NCBI GenBank assembly: GCA_963805725.1
Contig: CAWDVJ010000002.1
Location: 3,545 to 67,544, forward strand
DNA length: 64,000 nt
Direction of reading: 5' to 3'
DNA from: an uncultured Gemmatimonadales bacterium
Lineage (GTDB): Bacteria > Gemmatimonadota > Gemmatimonadetes > Gemmatimonadales > Gemmatimonadaceae
The notes under the pieces were generated by a model that searched no databases, had not been told where the DNA came from, and saw only the letters and a list, made by a program, of their open reading frames with translations. Shown in pieces: positions 10,741 to 20,940 of this stretch; position 1 is the stretch's first letter, and each line of letters begins with the position of its first letter. Made by a program: the position numbers and the translations under genes.

Positions 10741-11475
10741 ATGAGTGAAGAGCTCGAGGGAAGAACCGCCCTCGTCACCGGGGCAAGTCGCGGCATCGGC
10801 CGCGCGATCGCTCGTGCCATGGCAGGAGCGGGAGCCGACGTGGCCGTGAGCTACCGGAGCAACGACAGCGAGGCCGAAAAAGTGTGCGCGGACGTCCGGG
10901 GATATGGTCGGCGCTGCGTCGTCGTGCGCGGGGACGTTGCCAGGCAGAGCGACGTGGAACGACTACTGGAAAGTGTGCACGGGACCCTTGGCCAAATCAC
11001 GATCCTGGTGAACAATGCCGGCGTCGGCCAGGGACGCACGATCGAGAACATCACGGAGCAGGACTGGGATCAGATGCTCGCGACTAATCTCAAAGGCGTC
11101 TTCCTGCTCACCCAGGCGGTGTTGCCGGACATGCGCGCTGCACGGTGGGGCCGGATCATCAATCTGTCCTCTGCGGCCGCCCAAATGGGCGGTGTGGTCG
11201 GGCCCCATTACGCCGCCTCAAAGGCGGGCGTGCTCGGTCTGACGCACTACTACGCGGCGCAGCTGGCCAGAGAGGGAATCACCGCCAACTCCATCGCCCC
11301 GGGGCCAATCGCTACTGACATGGCCAGCGCGCTGCCGCAACTGACGGCAGAGAGCGTGCCCGTAGGACGCTTCGGCACGGTCGAGGAGGTCGCTCAGGTA
11401 GCGTTGATGCTGGCGACCAACGGATTCATCACTGGGCAGACGATAAACGTGAACGGAGGACGCTACCTCGCCTGA
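10741..11475 (+). CDS. SDR family oxidoreductase (3-oxoacyl-ACP reductase FabG-like)
   Basis: Start ATG 10741 (MSEELEGRTALVTGASRGIGRAIA). NNAG and YAASKAG catalytic motifs. Confidence 0.9.
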   Translation: MSEELEGRTALVTGASRGIGRAIARAMAGAGADVAVSYRSNDSEAEKVCADVRGYGRRCVVVRGDVARQSDVERLLESVHGTLGQITILVNNAGVGQGRTIENITEQDWDQMLATNLKGVFLLTQAVLPDMRAARWGRIINLSSAAAQMGGVVGPHYAASKAGVLGLTHYYAAQLAREGITANSIAPGPIATDMASALPQLTAESVPVGRFGTVEEVAQVALMLATNGFITGQTINVNGGRYLA

Positions 11476-11556
11476 CAATGCCTCCGTGAGGCACCCGCCA
11501 CGCTTCTCGCTGTTCCCGCCCGACGCAGTCCCTCATCGCAGCGGAGGCGAGCGCAG

Positions 11557-12867
11557 TCAGACCCGCGTCAGTTCTCCGGCATATTGATCCACGGACGCTC
11601 GAACCATCGCGTCGCCGCTCGGTCGGACTCCTAGCCAGAACATGGCTCCCGTGAAGGCGACCGCTGCGCCTACGCCCATCGACCAGGACCATCCAAAATG
11701 GGTACCGACCCATGGGGTGACGATTGGCGCGAGCACGCCGCCCAACTGGCCGCCGGTGTTGAGCAACCCAGCCGCGGTGGTGCCGTGTACTCCTCCAAGT
11801 TCCACCGCCGTCATCCAGGAAGCGGCTTCGGCCGCGACCGCGGCGGCAAGCGCCACGCTGAACCAAGCAACGACCCACCGCGGATCCTTGGCGAGCACAC
11901 CGACGATGAGCAGCACGGCGCCGGCGGACAGTCCGAGCACGGGCACCATTGCGCGGCCTCTCCGCAGTCCCATGCGTCGAACGCACAGATCGGTTAGCCA
12001 ACCACCCGAAAGCACCCCGCCTGCCATCGCCAATGTCACGATGGTCGAGTAGAGCCGGCTGGTGTCCGTACCAAGCTTCAGCACATCGCCGAAGTAGTAC
12101 TGCATCCAGTAGAAAAACAAATACTCGAAGTAGTCGAGCGCCGCATAGGCGGCCGTGACCCGCAGGAGGTTGCGGTTCTTGAGCAGCTGCATCCAGGGCC
12201 GCTTACTGGCTGTCCCGTGTGCAGGAGCGCTGGCACGCCGATTCGTGGGCGTATCGCCCGCCACGAGCCACCACAGGGCGGCGACAAAGAGGGTAACAGC
12301 CCCGGACACAATGAAGGCCACCGGCCATCCCACAGCGTCACTGAGCCGGCCGAAGATGATATACGTTGATGCGACGCCGACCAGCGCGGCACCCAGCGCG
12401 AATCCGTTGGCAAGCCCTTGAGACGGCTGCGGGATCCAGCTCGAGACCGCGCGGGCACTGGAAGGGTGGAGCGGCCCGTTGCTCGCGCCCATGAGACTCC
12501 GCACCACCAAGAGGCCAACCCACAGTGGCCCGGCAGATGCCACGACGAGCCCCAGCGTGCCGGTGAGCGCGGTGAGTGCGGCGCTAGCCGTTACCATGAT
12601 CCCTAACGTGATCCAGATCCCGAATCGATCGGCAAACATACCTGCCGGCGTCTGCAACAGAGTATATCCGACGAGGAATGCGGAATACACAACGCCCATG
12701 CGTTCAGCGCTAATCCCAAAATCGGGAATCAGGTGCTCGGTGCCGGCGACCGCTATGCTCACCCGATTGAAGTGGCCGAAGAAACTCACGGCCATGAGGA
12801 GCGGTACAATGCGCCACGAACTGCGAGAGGTCTCGGTCATCGGCCAGAGAGGATGTGAAGGCGCCAA
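11557..12867 (-). CDS. MFS transporter
   Basis: 436 aa, 12-helix-like profile, GMFADRFGIW loop motif. Confidence 0.85.
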   Translation of the reverse strand: MAPSHPLWPMTETSRSSWRIVPLLMAVSFFGHFNRVSIAVAGTEHLIPDFGISAERMGVVYSAFLVGYTLLQTPAGMFADRFGIWITLGIMVTASAALTALTGTLGLVVASAGPLWVGLLVVRSLMGASNGPLHPSSARAVSSWIPQPSQGLANGFALGAALVGVASTYIIFGRLSDAVGWPVAFIVSGAVTLFVAALWWLVAGDTPTNRRASAPAHGTASKRPWMQLLKNRNLLRVTAAYAALDYFEYLFFYWMQYYFGDVLKLGTDTSRLYSTIVTLAMAGGVLSGGWLTDLCVRRMGLRRGRAMVPVLGLSAGAVLLIVGVLAKDPRWVVAWFSVALAAAVAAEAASWMTAVELGGVHGTTAAGLLNTGGQLGGVLAPIVTPWVGTHFGWSWSMGVGAAVAFTGAMFWLGVRPSGDAMVRASVDQYAGELTRV

Positions 12868-12937
12868 TCATGTAGGACCGTCTGAGATATCGGAAGTGCG
12901 AATTGACTCCACGGCGTGCCCCGCGCACTATGAAAAC

Positions 12938-13885
12938 ATGGCGAAGACGCGCCCATCCTCAGCCGTGTGGGATGTCCCCTGCGACACCAGAGAAGCCGTC
13001 GTCGGACCCGGCGACCGGTCCGTGCACTTGACGAATCTCGACAAGGTCTTCTGGCCGCGACTGGGAACGACGAAAGGCGACCTCCTGAGATACTACGTCG
13101 CCGTCGCCCCCGCGCTAGTACCTCACCTGGTTGGTCGCGCCATGGTGATGAAGCGGTATCCGCACGGCATTGACGGTCCGTTCTTTTTCATGAAGCGCAC
13201 GCCGACGCCGCACCCCGGCTGGCTCTCAATGTGCTCCATTCGACATGCGTCCGGTAACGTCATTGACTTTCCCATCGTTGATGACCCAGCCGCACTCCTC
13301 TGGATGGTCAACCTGGGCTGTATCGATCTCAATCCGTGGTACGCACGGTGTGACGACGTGGATCGGCCGGACTACCTCCACTTCGATCTCGACCCGACCC
13401 CGCGCACGCCATTTGCCCTGGTACGGGACGCGGCGCTGCTGGTCCGTGACGCGCTCGCAGACCAGGGCATGCATGCCTTTCCCAAGACTACGGGATCTCG
13501 CGGAGTGCACATCTACGTTCCGATCCGCCGCGGCCCCACGCAGAAGACCGTATGGACGGTCGCCAAGGCGCTCGCACGCGCCCTCGCCGCGCAAGTGCCC
13601 CGCGTGCTCACGGCGGAGTATCGCGTCGCACGCCGCCCCGAGCGGCGCGTACTGATTGATTACAACCAGAACGCCTGGGGGCGGACGCTGGCGTCGGTCT
13701 ATTCGGTCCGACCTACGCCAACAGCGACGGTGTCGACCCCCGTAACGTGGGAAGAAATTGAAGCCGGCGTGGAGATTGAGGACTTTCGTCTCTCCAACGT
13801 TCCCGATCGCATCCGCGCGCTGGGAGATCTCTGGGCCAATGTAGACCGGCCTCGCGCGCGCTTCGACCTTCAAAAGGTGGTCTGA
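12938..13885 (+). CDS. ligD: LigD polymerase/primase (AEP) domain protein, NHEJ
   Basis: Start ATG 12938; the ORF-track start 12479 would overlap the divergent MFS gene. Blocks VFWPRLGTTKGDLLRYY, HFDLDP and KTTGSRGVHIYVPI. Confidence 0.9.
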   Translation: MAKTRPSSAVWDVPCDTREAVVGPGDRSVHLTNLDKVFWPRLGTTKGDLLRYYVAVAPALVPHLVGRAMVMKRYPHGIDGPFFFMKRTPTPHPGWLSMCSIRHASGNVIDFPIVDDPAALLWMVNLGCIDLNPWYARCDDVDRPDYLHFDLDPTPRTPFALVRDAALLVRDALADQGMHAFPKTTGSRGVHIYVPIRRGPTQKTVWTVAKALARALAAQVPRVLTAEYRVARRPERRVLIDYNQNAWGRTLASVYSVRPTPTATVSTPVTWEEIEAGVEIEDFRLSNVPDRIRALGDLWANVDRPRARFDLQKVV

Positions 13886-13890
13886 CGCGA

Positions 13891-14928
13891 ATGGCGCTCC
13901 CCATAGGAAACGGCTATGCCCCGGCGGAAGCCAAGCCGGTGCACCACTTGCCGGTGGGTCCGGAGTGGTCATACGAACCGAAATGGGACGGCTTTCGGTG
14001 CCTGGCGTTTCGCGACGAGCAGCGGGTGTCACTCATGTCGAAAGCCGGGAAGCCGTTGACTCGATACTTCCCGGACGTCGTCGCGACCATCCTGGCGCTC
14101 CGCGCGCAGCGATTCGTTCTCGATGGGGAGATCGTCGTGCCAGTCGGCACAACACTGTCATTTGATCAGTTGTTGCAACGCATTCATCCCGCTGCCAGCC
14201 GCGTACGCATGTTGGCCGCGAGCTTTCCCGCTCTGCTCATTGCGTTCGACATTCTAGCGACCGGCGAGACGTCGCTGATCGACCGCCCATTTGCCGAACG
14301 ACGCCAGCGTCTCGAGTCATTCGTGCGACGGTTTGGCGTGACCGCGTCCGGGCTACGTCTGTCGCCGATGGCGCGCAGCGCCGCGGTGGCGCGGCGTTGG
14401 CTCGGTGGTGAGCGGCGCGGCCTCGATGGCATCGTCGCGAAGCGGCTGGATCTGCCCTACGAGTCCGGCAAGCGTACGGGGATGGAGAAGGTCAAGAACA
14501 TCCACACTGCGGACTGCGTCGTCGGCGGTTTCAGGTACGCCTCGAAAGGACGAGCGATCGGATCGCTATTGCTCGGTCTCTACAATGCCGCTGGGGTCCT
14601 TGACCACGTCGGCTTCGTGTCGTCATTCACATCGGCGGAGCGAGCAACGTTGCCGTCGCGAGTCACGCCCCTCGTTGGTGGATCGGGCTTCACGGGACGC
14701 GCGCCGGGCGGCCCTAGTCGGTGGAGCACTGAGCGGTCGGGTGAGTGGGTTCCACTTCGCCCCACTCTTGTTGTCGAGATCGCCTACGACCACTTTGCCG
14801 GCGGGCGGTTCCGTCACGGCACCGCATTTCGTCGTTGGCGTCCAGACAAAGCCCCACGACAGTGCACGACGGCGCAGCTGCGCGCCGAAGGACGCTCTGC
14901 CCTTCATCTGCTGCGCCTCGGCGTCTGA
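13891..14928 (+). CDS. ATP-dependent DNA ligase (LigD ligase-domain type)
   Basis: 345 aa. Motif I EPKWDGFR (adenylylated Lys), LDGEIVV, GLDGIVAKR. Starts 5 nt after the polymerase gene. Confidence 0.9.
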   Translation: MALPIGNGYAPAEAKPVHHLPVGPEWSYEPKWDGFRCLAFRDEQRVSLMSKAGKPLTRYFPDVVATILALRAQRFVLDGEIVVPVGTTLSFDQLLQRIHPAASRVRMLAASFPALLIAFDILATGETSLIDRPFAERRQRLESFVRRFGVTASGLRLSPMARSAAVARRWLGGERRGLDGIVAKRLDLPYESGKRTGMEKVKNIHTADCVVGGFRYASKGRAIGSLLLGLYNAAGVLDHVGFVSSFTSAERATLPSRVTPLVGGSGFTGRAPGGPSRWSTERSGEWVPLRPTLVVEIAYDHFAGGRFRHGTAFRRWRPDKAPRQCTTAQLRAEGRSALHLLRLGV

Positions 14929-14953
14929 TAAACGCGTCGCCATGGGGGTCAAC

Positions 14954-15391
14954 TCAGCGCGCAGCATCTGGCGTCTCTGCCGCTCGCGCCCGGACGTCCG
15001 TTGACGTTATCTCCACCGATGCAGGTGTGACGGTCGCCCACCGCTCGGCGATCTTGCTGCCCTCCACGCGCCAGAGCACAAAGCCGCGGCACTGCATCCG
15101 CTTGCCGGATGCTGGGTCGGTCCATCTCCAGATGTTCTTGCAGACGACTTTGTCGCCTTCGGCAATCATGTCCTCGATCGTGAGCTTGAGATCGGGCATC
15201 GACTTGTACATCGCCAGCATCATCTGCTCATCACCAGCGATGTCAGTAGGCTTGCCGCCAGGTCCATCGTGATCGAAGAAATCCGGCGTCATGTTCTTCC
15301 GAATGGCGGCGACGTTTTGCTTGTTGACGAACTCATCGAAATGATTGCTGACCAATTGCTTCATCTGGTCGGGTGTGAGCTGGGTCGCCAT
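14954..15391 (-). CDS. SnoaL-like / ester cyclase family protein
   Basis: 145 aa. The layout (NHFDEFVNKQNVAAIRKNMTPDFFDH, LKLTIEDMIAEGDKVVCK, GFVLWRVEGSKIAERW) is typical of ester cyclases. Confidence 0.75.
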   Translation of the reverse strand: MATQLTPDQMKQLVSNHFDEFVNKQNVAAIRKNMTPDFFDHDGPGGKPTDIAGDEQMMLAMYKSMPDLKLTIEDMIAEGDKVVCKNIWRWTDPASGKRMQCRGFVLWRVEGSKIAERWATVTPASVEITSTDVRARAAETPDAAR

Positions 15392-15544
15392 GAGTCACCT
15401 TTCCGCTGAGGGTGAAGTCGCAACGCGGCGCTCACGCGAGCGTTGGCCGGCGTGTAGGCGGCCTGCAGGGCGTTGCGGGAGAGTCCGTCCAAAAGCCCGT
15501 GAGTGGTACGCTGCGGTCTTGATGCTCGTTGCATCCTCCGTTCT

Positions 15545-16495
15545 TTAGAAGTGAGAGGTGCTTCGAATGCGCAGCTGTGTTCCCCATGGATCGCGTGCAA
15601 TTACTTCGGTGGCAGCCTCATGCGCCGCAGCGTACCCGCCGCGCGCGAGGCTGTCGGCGGCTTCGGTGACGCTCGTGGCGTCTGGTAACTCGATGGTCCA
15701 CTCCAACAGCCGCGCATCCTCTTCTGGTGCCGCGATCGCGCCGCGCCCGGCCCACGTGTTGGTACCAAGATGGTGATGGTAGCCACCAGCCCCGAGAAAC
15801 AACGCACCCGGATAGCCCCACACAGTGCGATCGAACCCCAAGCCTTCAGAAAAGAACCTCGACGCTGTCGCAACGTCACCAACGTGCAGGTGCATGTGAC
15901 CCATCACTGTTCCCGACGGCATCCCGCTCCATTGAACTCCGCCAGCCGCCGCAAGCAGGCCGGGGAGATCGACCGGATCGGTCGCCATCATCAATTCTCG
16001 ACCGGCGCGCCGCCACGCGCTGCGCGGTCTATCGACGTAAATCTCGACTCCGAGATTGTCGGGGTCCTGGAGATAAAAAGCTTCGCTCACAAGATGATCG
16101 GCCGCGCCCGCCGGTGCGTCAATGTCAGCCAGGTGCTGCACGAAGCGGCCGAGTGACGAGCGATCCGGCAGAAGTATCGCGAAGTGGTAAAGGCCGAGAC
16201 GTCCACGCGGCGGAGCTGGCCGTGCGCCCGCCCGCACATGTAGCTCGACCAGCGGAGTGTCATCACCATGCGCTGCGAGCACAGATCGGGAGGCATCGCC
16301 CTCGATCTTTTGTAGTCCAAGAACGTCTTCATAGAACGCAAGCGACCTGCTCATATCGGCCACCTGAAGGCTCACTCGGCCCAGACGAGTGGATTTGGGC
16401 AAGCGAAAGCCACTGGGCGGCTCACCATAACTACCCGGCGTCGCTGGCTGGTCACCCAAAGCGTCGCCAGCACTGGGGTGAGTACCTGCGTCCAT
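15545..16495 (-). CDS. two-domain VOC (glyoxalase / extradiol dioxygenase-like) protein
   Basis: Start ATG 16495 preceded by AAGGGAGG. Two glyoxalase modules: RVSLQVADMSRSLAFYEDVLGL with LYHFAILL, and MHLHVGDVATASRFFSEGLGF with GGYHHHLG. Confidence 0.85.
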   Translation of the reverse strand: MDAGTHPSAGDALGDQPATPGSYGEPPSGFRLPKSTRLGRVSLQVADMSRSLAFYEDVLGLQKIEGDASRSVLAAHGDDTPLVELHVRAGARPAPPRGRLGLYHFAILLPDRSSLGRFVQHLADIDAPAGAADHLVSEAFYLQDPDNLGVEIYVDRPRSAWRRAGRELMMATDPVDLPGLLAAAGGVQWSGMPSGTVMGHMHLHVGDVATASRFFSEGLGFDRTVWGYPGALFLGAGGYHHHLGTNTWAGRGAIAAPEEDARLLEWTIELPDATSVTEAADSLARGGYAAAHEAATEVIARDPWGTQLRIRSTSHF

Positions 16496-16999
16496 AAGAG
16501 CCTCCCTTCTTTTAGTGTATGGGTCAGCACCCATCGGCCGGCGATTGAGCGGCGCAGAAAACTGTTCGAATGCCGAGAATTTGGACAGTAAGAACGCGCA
16601 GCGCGGCTCGAGCCGTATGCTACCGCCCGGGCGCAAAACACGCACTTAATGCCTTGACTAGCGGCGGCACGCTGCCGACTATAGGCGGCGGTGAGATAAT
16701 TCACGAAGTCGGCGGTGAAGGTGCTACTTGGTTCCCCGATCCCCGTCGGCCGGTGCCAAGCACTCGCACGGCACCGGTTCGACGTCTGAGCCATGTTACG
16801 CCTCCCCTGGTGGCGCAGGCGCCGGTGTACAAATGGGAGCCCCTCGACCTGCTCAGGAACAAGGCGGTCCGTCGTACTTGAGAACTCGCCACGACGAGAG
16901 CACGACATCTGGTGAGCGGACCGGACACCGGGTATTTATTCCCAGTTGTCTAGAGCCGATCCAATTTCTCGTCGAGCAGACTGACTGAAGGAGGTCATC

Positions 17000-17623
17000 G
17001 TGACGACCAAACGCGTTGCCGGCGCGCTCGTACTCTTCGCCGTGTTGCTCGGCGGCCCATCGCTCGCGCTCTGCCAGGGCGGCGGCATGGCGGGAATGAG
17101 CGGCATGGACATGGGCCATGAGATCGTGATCCCGAAAGGCGCCGACGTACACCAAGGCCGACGTCGAGTTCATGCAGGGAATGATCGCGCACCACGCGCA
17201 GGCGATCGTCATGTCCCGGATGGCCGCAGTCGCACGGCGCCAATCCGCAAGTGCTGAAACTCTCGACACAAGATCGATCAGTCGCAGGTGCCGGAGATTC
17301 GCATCATGCAGAACTGGCTCCAGCGCAACAACCAGTTCGCGCCCGATACGTCGTCGTGGCACACACGTGATGATGTCGGGCATGCTGACGACCGCACAAC
17401 TCAACGAGCTCGACGCGGCCAAGGGGGTCGACTTCGACCGCGCGTACCTCCGCCTGATGATCCAGCACCACGCCGGCGCGCTGAAGATGGTGGACGACCT
17501 CTTCACCACCCCGGCGCCGGACAGGAAGTCGACGTGAACGTGTTCGCGAACGATGTCGTCACGGTGCAAACCGCCGAGATCGGCATCATGCAGAGGTTGT
17601 ACAAAGAGCTGCCCGCGCAGTGA
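17000..17623 (+). pseudogene. DUF305 domain protein (cassette copy B); about 5 frame changes in 620 nt
   Basis: Pieces 17000..17257, 17172..17537 and 17288..17623. Signal MTTKRVAGALVLFAVLLGGPSLALC, then FMQGMIAHHAQAIVMS, IDQSQVPEIRIMQNWLQ, MLTTAQLNELDAAKGVDFDRAYLRLMIQHHAGALKMV and VFANDVVTVQTAEIGIMQRLY. Confidence 0.8.
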
Positions 17624-17671
17624 ACCGCCGCAGTCGCCCCGTACCACACCCAGCCACCGGAGTCTGTTCCG

Positions 17672-19564
17672 ATGCGCAGTTCATGCAAGCTGATAGGCCT
17701 CATCGCGACCCTCGTCGCTCCGGCGCTCGTGTCGGCGCAGACCTATCCGAGCGCCACCGATCCGCGGAGCAACCTCAAGCCGGGCCGGTTCGACGCCGGA
17801 GAAGCGGCGAGCAACATGCGCCTCGTGTCGTTCTCGCAGAAGCCGGCGCAGTTCGACACGGCGCGCGGCCTGACGTTCATCAACTCCGACCTGGCGTTCG
17901 GCACGCCACTACGTCTACCAGGGCAACTTCGCCGGCTTCACGATATGGGACGTGAGCCGATCCGGCAAAGCCGGTCATCGCGTCGGTCATGGAGTGCATC
18001 ACGTCGCAGGGCGACCCGACGATCGTCGGCAACCTGCTGTTCATCTCCGCCGAGGGCGCGGGCAATCGCAATGACTGCGGCAAGGGCGGCGTGCAGGACC
18101 CGAAGGACCACATGGCGGGCGTGCGCATCTTCGACGTCTCGAACCCGCACGCGCCCAAGCTGATCAAGAACGTGCAGACATGCAAAGGCTCGCACACGTA
18201 CACGGTCGTCCCGAGCCCGACGGATCCAAGAACATCGTCTACCTCTACGTGTCGGGGCAGCAGGCGGCGCGGCCGGACACGGAACTGGCCGGGTGCAAGA
18301 ACGGCACGGACCCCGCGGACCCGACGAACTCGCTCTATCAGCTCGACATCATCAAGGTGCCGCTCGATCACCCCGAGCAGGCCGAAGGTGATCCCGGGCG
18401 CGCGGATCTTCACCGGCCTCGACGCGACCCCGGATTGCGCCGCGTTCTGCGCTCCGGCGACGCCGCCGGCGGCGGCTGCGCCGCGGCACGTGGCGGCGCC
18501 CGACTCGGCGATCGCACGCCGACCGCTGCGTGCACACGGGCCCGCACAACTGCCACGACGTGACGGCGTACCCGGCGATGCACCTCCTGCGTCGCCGCAT
18601 GCACGAGCCACGCCATCCTGGTGGATATCTCGAACCCTGAGAAGCCGGTGCGGCTGGCCGCCCTGACCGACACCAACAATTTCCAGGGCCGGCACACGGC
18701 CGGGTTCAGCAACGATGGCAAGAAGACCATCGTGACCAATGAGTGGGGCGGTGGCACGGGCCCGATGTGCCAGGCCAGCTAGCATGCATGGAGCATGGGC
18801 GGCAACACGATCGTCACCGCTCAGCGCCGACAACAAGAAGCTGACGCAGCGCGCGTACTTCAAGATGCCCGCCGCGCAGACCGCGCGAGGAGAACTGCGT
18901 CGCGCACAACGGGGGCCTCATCCCGGTGCCGGGGCGCGACCTCTACGTGCAGGGCTGGTACCAGGGTGGCGTCGACGTCATGGACTTCACGGACGCGGAC
19001 CATCCGACCGAGATCGCGTACTTCGATCGCGGTCCGATCGATCCGCCGCCGGGCGCGAGTACCGTCCGGCAACGGCGCGATGCGCGGCGGGCGCACCGCT
19101 GCACGATCGGCGGATCGTGGGGCGCGTACTACTGGAACGGGATGATCTACTCGTCGGAGCTCGACCGCGGCTTCGACGTCTTTGAGCTGACGCCGAGCGC
19201 GCAGCTCTCGGCGAACGAGATCGCCGCGGCAAAGCTGGTGAGGTTCAAGGAGTACAACCCGACGAGCCAGCCGAAGCTCGTCTGGCCGCCGGCGTTCGTC
19301 GTGGTGCGCTCGTACCTCGACCAGCTCGTGCGCAACGACGGCCTCGCCGCCGATCGCACCGCCGGCGATCTCGGCGGCGCTCGACGCGGCGGAGCAGAAG
19401 AGCGGTGCGGCGCGCGGCGCGGCGCTCACCGCGCTCGCGAAGCAGGTGGACGGCGACGCGAGCGGGGCGAAGGACGCGGCGCGCGTGCGCATGATGGCGG
19501 CCGCGATCAAACGGCTGGCGGCGGCACAGGTGCCGGCGTCACAACTGGCGTCGCATCGAAGTAA
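17672..19564 (+). pseudogene. LVIVD-repeat-like beta-propeller protein (cassette copy B); at least 10 frame changes
   Basis: Signal MRSSCKLIGLIATLVAPALVSAQ. Homologous blocks are scattered over three frames: [158 protein letters not shown]. The 3' end is uncertain (19564-19646). Confidence 0.8.
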
Positions 19565-19587
19565 CCGCGGGCGGCACGTAGCGGGAG

Positions 19588-19619
19588 ACGAAAGGCGTCC
19601 GGTTCCGGGCGCCTTTCGT
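19588..19619. terminator. hairpin between convergent genes
   Basis: ACGAAAGGCGTCCGG-tt-CCGGGCGCCTTTCGT (one G.T pair), followed by TCGCTTGT on the plus strand. Confidence 0.5.
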
Positions 19620-19642
19620 TCGCTTGTGCCGGGCAGTCGCTG

Positions 19643-20398
19643 TTAGTGGGCTCCGTCGCGGGTCCAGAGCACCAGCGCCCCGCAGGTCGCGGCGTCGCGA
19701 AGCTCGGCAGGCACCGTCGCGGGCTGCGCGTAGAGCTCGATCCCCACGAGTTGCTCGGCGAAGATCTTGTCGAGATCGGGCGGCTGGGCGCCTGTGAACG
19801 GATAGATCCGAACGCCGTCGCGGACCACCGCGGCGTAGCAGGGCGAGGACGCGCTCGCCGGCGACCGCATAGCGAGTTGGGACTCTCCGTGCGGTCCCGG
19901 CACGATGAACGCGCCCGCATCCATCTTGTAGGACATTGGCAAGCGGACGTCCGGCAGCAGCGTCGAGCTGCGCACGGGTGAAGAACTTGCCCTGCCCCTT
20001 CGTTCGCCGAGCGTCGAACCCCGCGAACGTCAGGTCCGTCTTTTGTCCCTTCGCCTTCGCCGTGTCCGACGCGAGAATGGGGATGAGCACGAGCTGGACG
20101 GGCTGCGGGATGTTCGGCCCGGTGTTGAAATTGTCCTCAAACGTCTGGTAGCCGCGCGCGACCACTTCGACAATGTGCCCACCGTCGTCCAAGTCGGGAA
20201 CCAACACGTTGCCGGCGGAATCGGTGTTTCCGGCCTCGATGGTGTGATCGATCGTGACGACCGCGCCCCGGATGGACACGGTGTCACCCGCCCGGTGGAG
20301 GTGAAGCACCACGTCACGGGTGCCCTGGGCTCCGGCCACACGGGCCGATATCACAGCGGCGCCGACAACGCCAGGCAAAGAACTCGCACGATTCGCAT
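19643..20398 (-). CDS. carboxypeptidase-regulatory-like (CarboxypepD_reg) domain secreted protein; 2 frame changes
   Basis: ATG 20398 with signal MRIVRVLCLALSAPL. Beta-sandwich block DVVLHLHRAGDTVSIRGAVVTIDHT...NVLVPDLDDGGHIVEVVARGYQ. C-terminus GIELYAQPATVPAELRDAATCGALVLWTRDGAH-stop. Frame changes at about 20355 and 19960. Confidence 0.65.
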
Positions 20399-20427
20399 GA
20401 AGATCAGGTTCGGGTTGCGTGTAGAGA

Positions 20428-20880
20428 TTAGAGCCCCAAAATAACGCGGCGCCGTCGTCTGGCGACTCGGTCGACGCGGTCCGAGACCGACGCTTGGAAC
20501 TCACCTTCGGCCGCGATGATCTTGGCTCGCCGCTCGCGTTTCCGCTTCGGCCTGGGCGGCAATCGCTCGCTGCATGTCCTGCGGCAAGTCAACTTGCTTG
20601 ACCTGGACCTGCGTGACTTTGACGCCCAAGGCCTCGGTGTGTTCGTCGAGCATCGCCTGCAGCCGTACGTTCAACTTCTCAGGCTCTGAGAGGAGATCAT
20701 CCAACTCGACCTCGCCGAGTAACGAACGCAGCCCGGTTTGAGCCGCCTGCTCAACCGCATAGCGATAGCTTTCTACTTCGACGACAAACGCAAGCGACGC
20801 AAGCACCGTGATGTTCACAGCGATTCTCCGTTGCTCCGGGATGACCGGCGATCGTCACGCCAACGATCAGTATCCCCTTC
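20428..20880 (-). pseudogene. SPFH/band-7 (slipin/HflC-like) gene remnant
   Basis: [92 protein letters not shown], then [17 protein letters not shown] in another frame. No N-terminal membrane anchor. The upstream part collides with the mreB start. Confidence 0.6.
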
Positions 20881-20940
20881 AGGGTCAAACGTGGCCAATG
20901 GCATGGCGAAGCGCCACGCAGACGGGAGGCTGTAACCAGC

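Noticed and set aside
12479-12937. Long N-terminal extension of the LigD polymerase ORF (start 12479); similarly 9557 for the AKR, 10435 for the SDR and 27779 for the ferritin-like gene
   Set aside because: The extensions overlap the divergent upstream genes or are Arg/Pro-rich. Internal ATGs with RBS-like sequences give N-termini of the length typical for each family.
16500-16999. 141-aa minus-strand ORF starting at ATG 16795 (good GGAGG RBS) in the gap upstream of DUF305-B
   Set aside because: The product is Arg/Ser/Cys/Ala-rich with no motif, and it overlaps the VOC gene start by about 120 nt in another frame. I could not support it as coding. The 500-nt gap remains unexplained.
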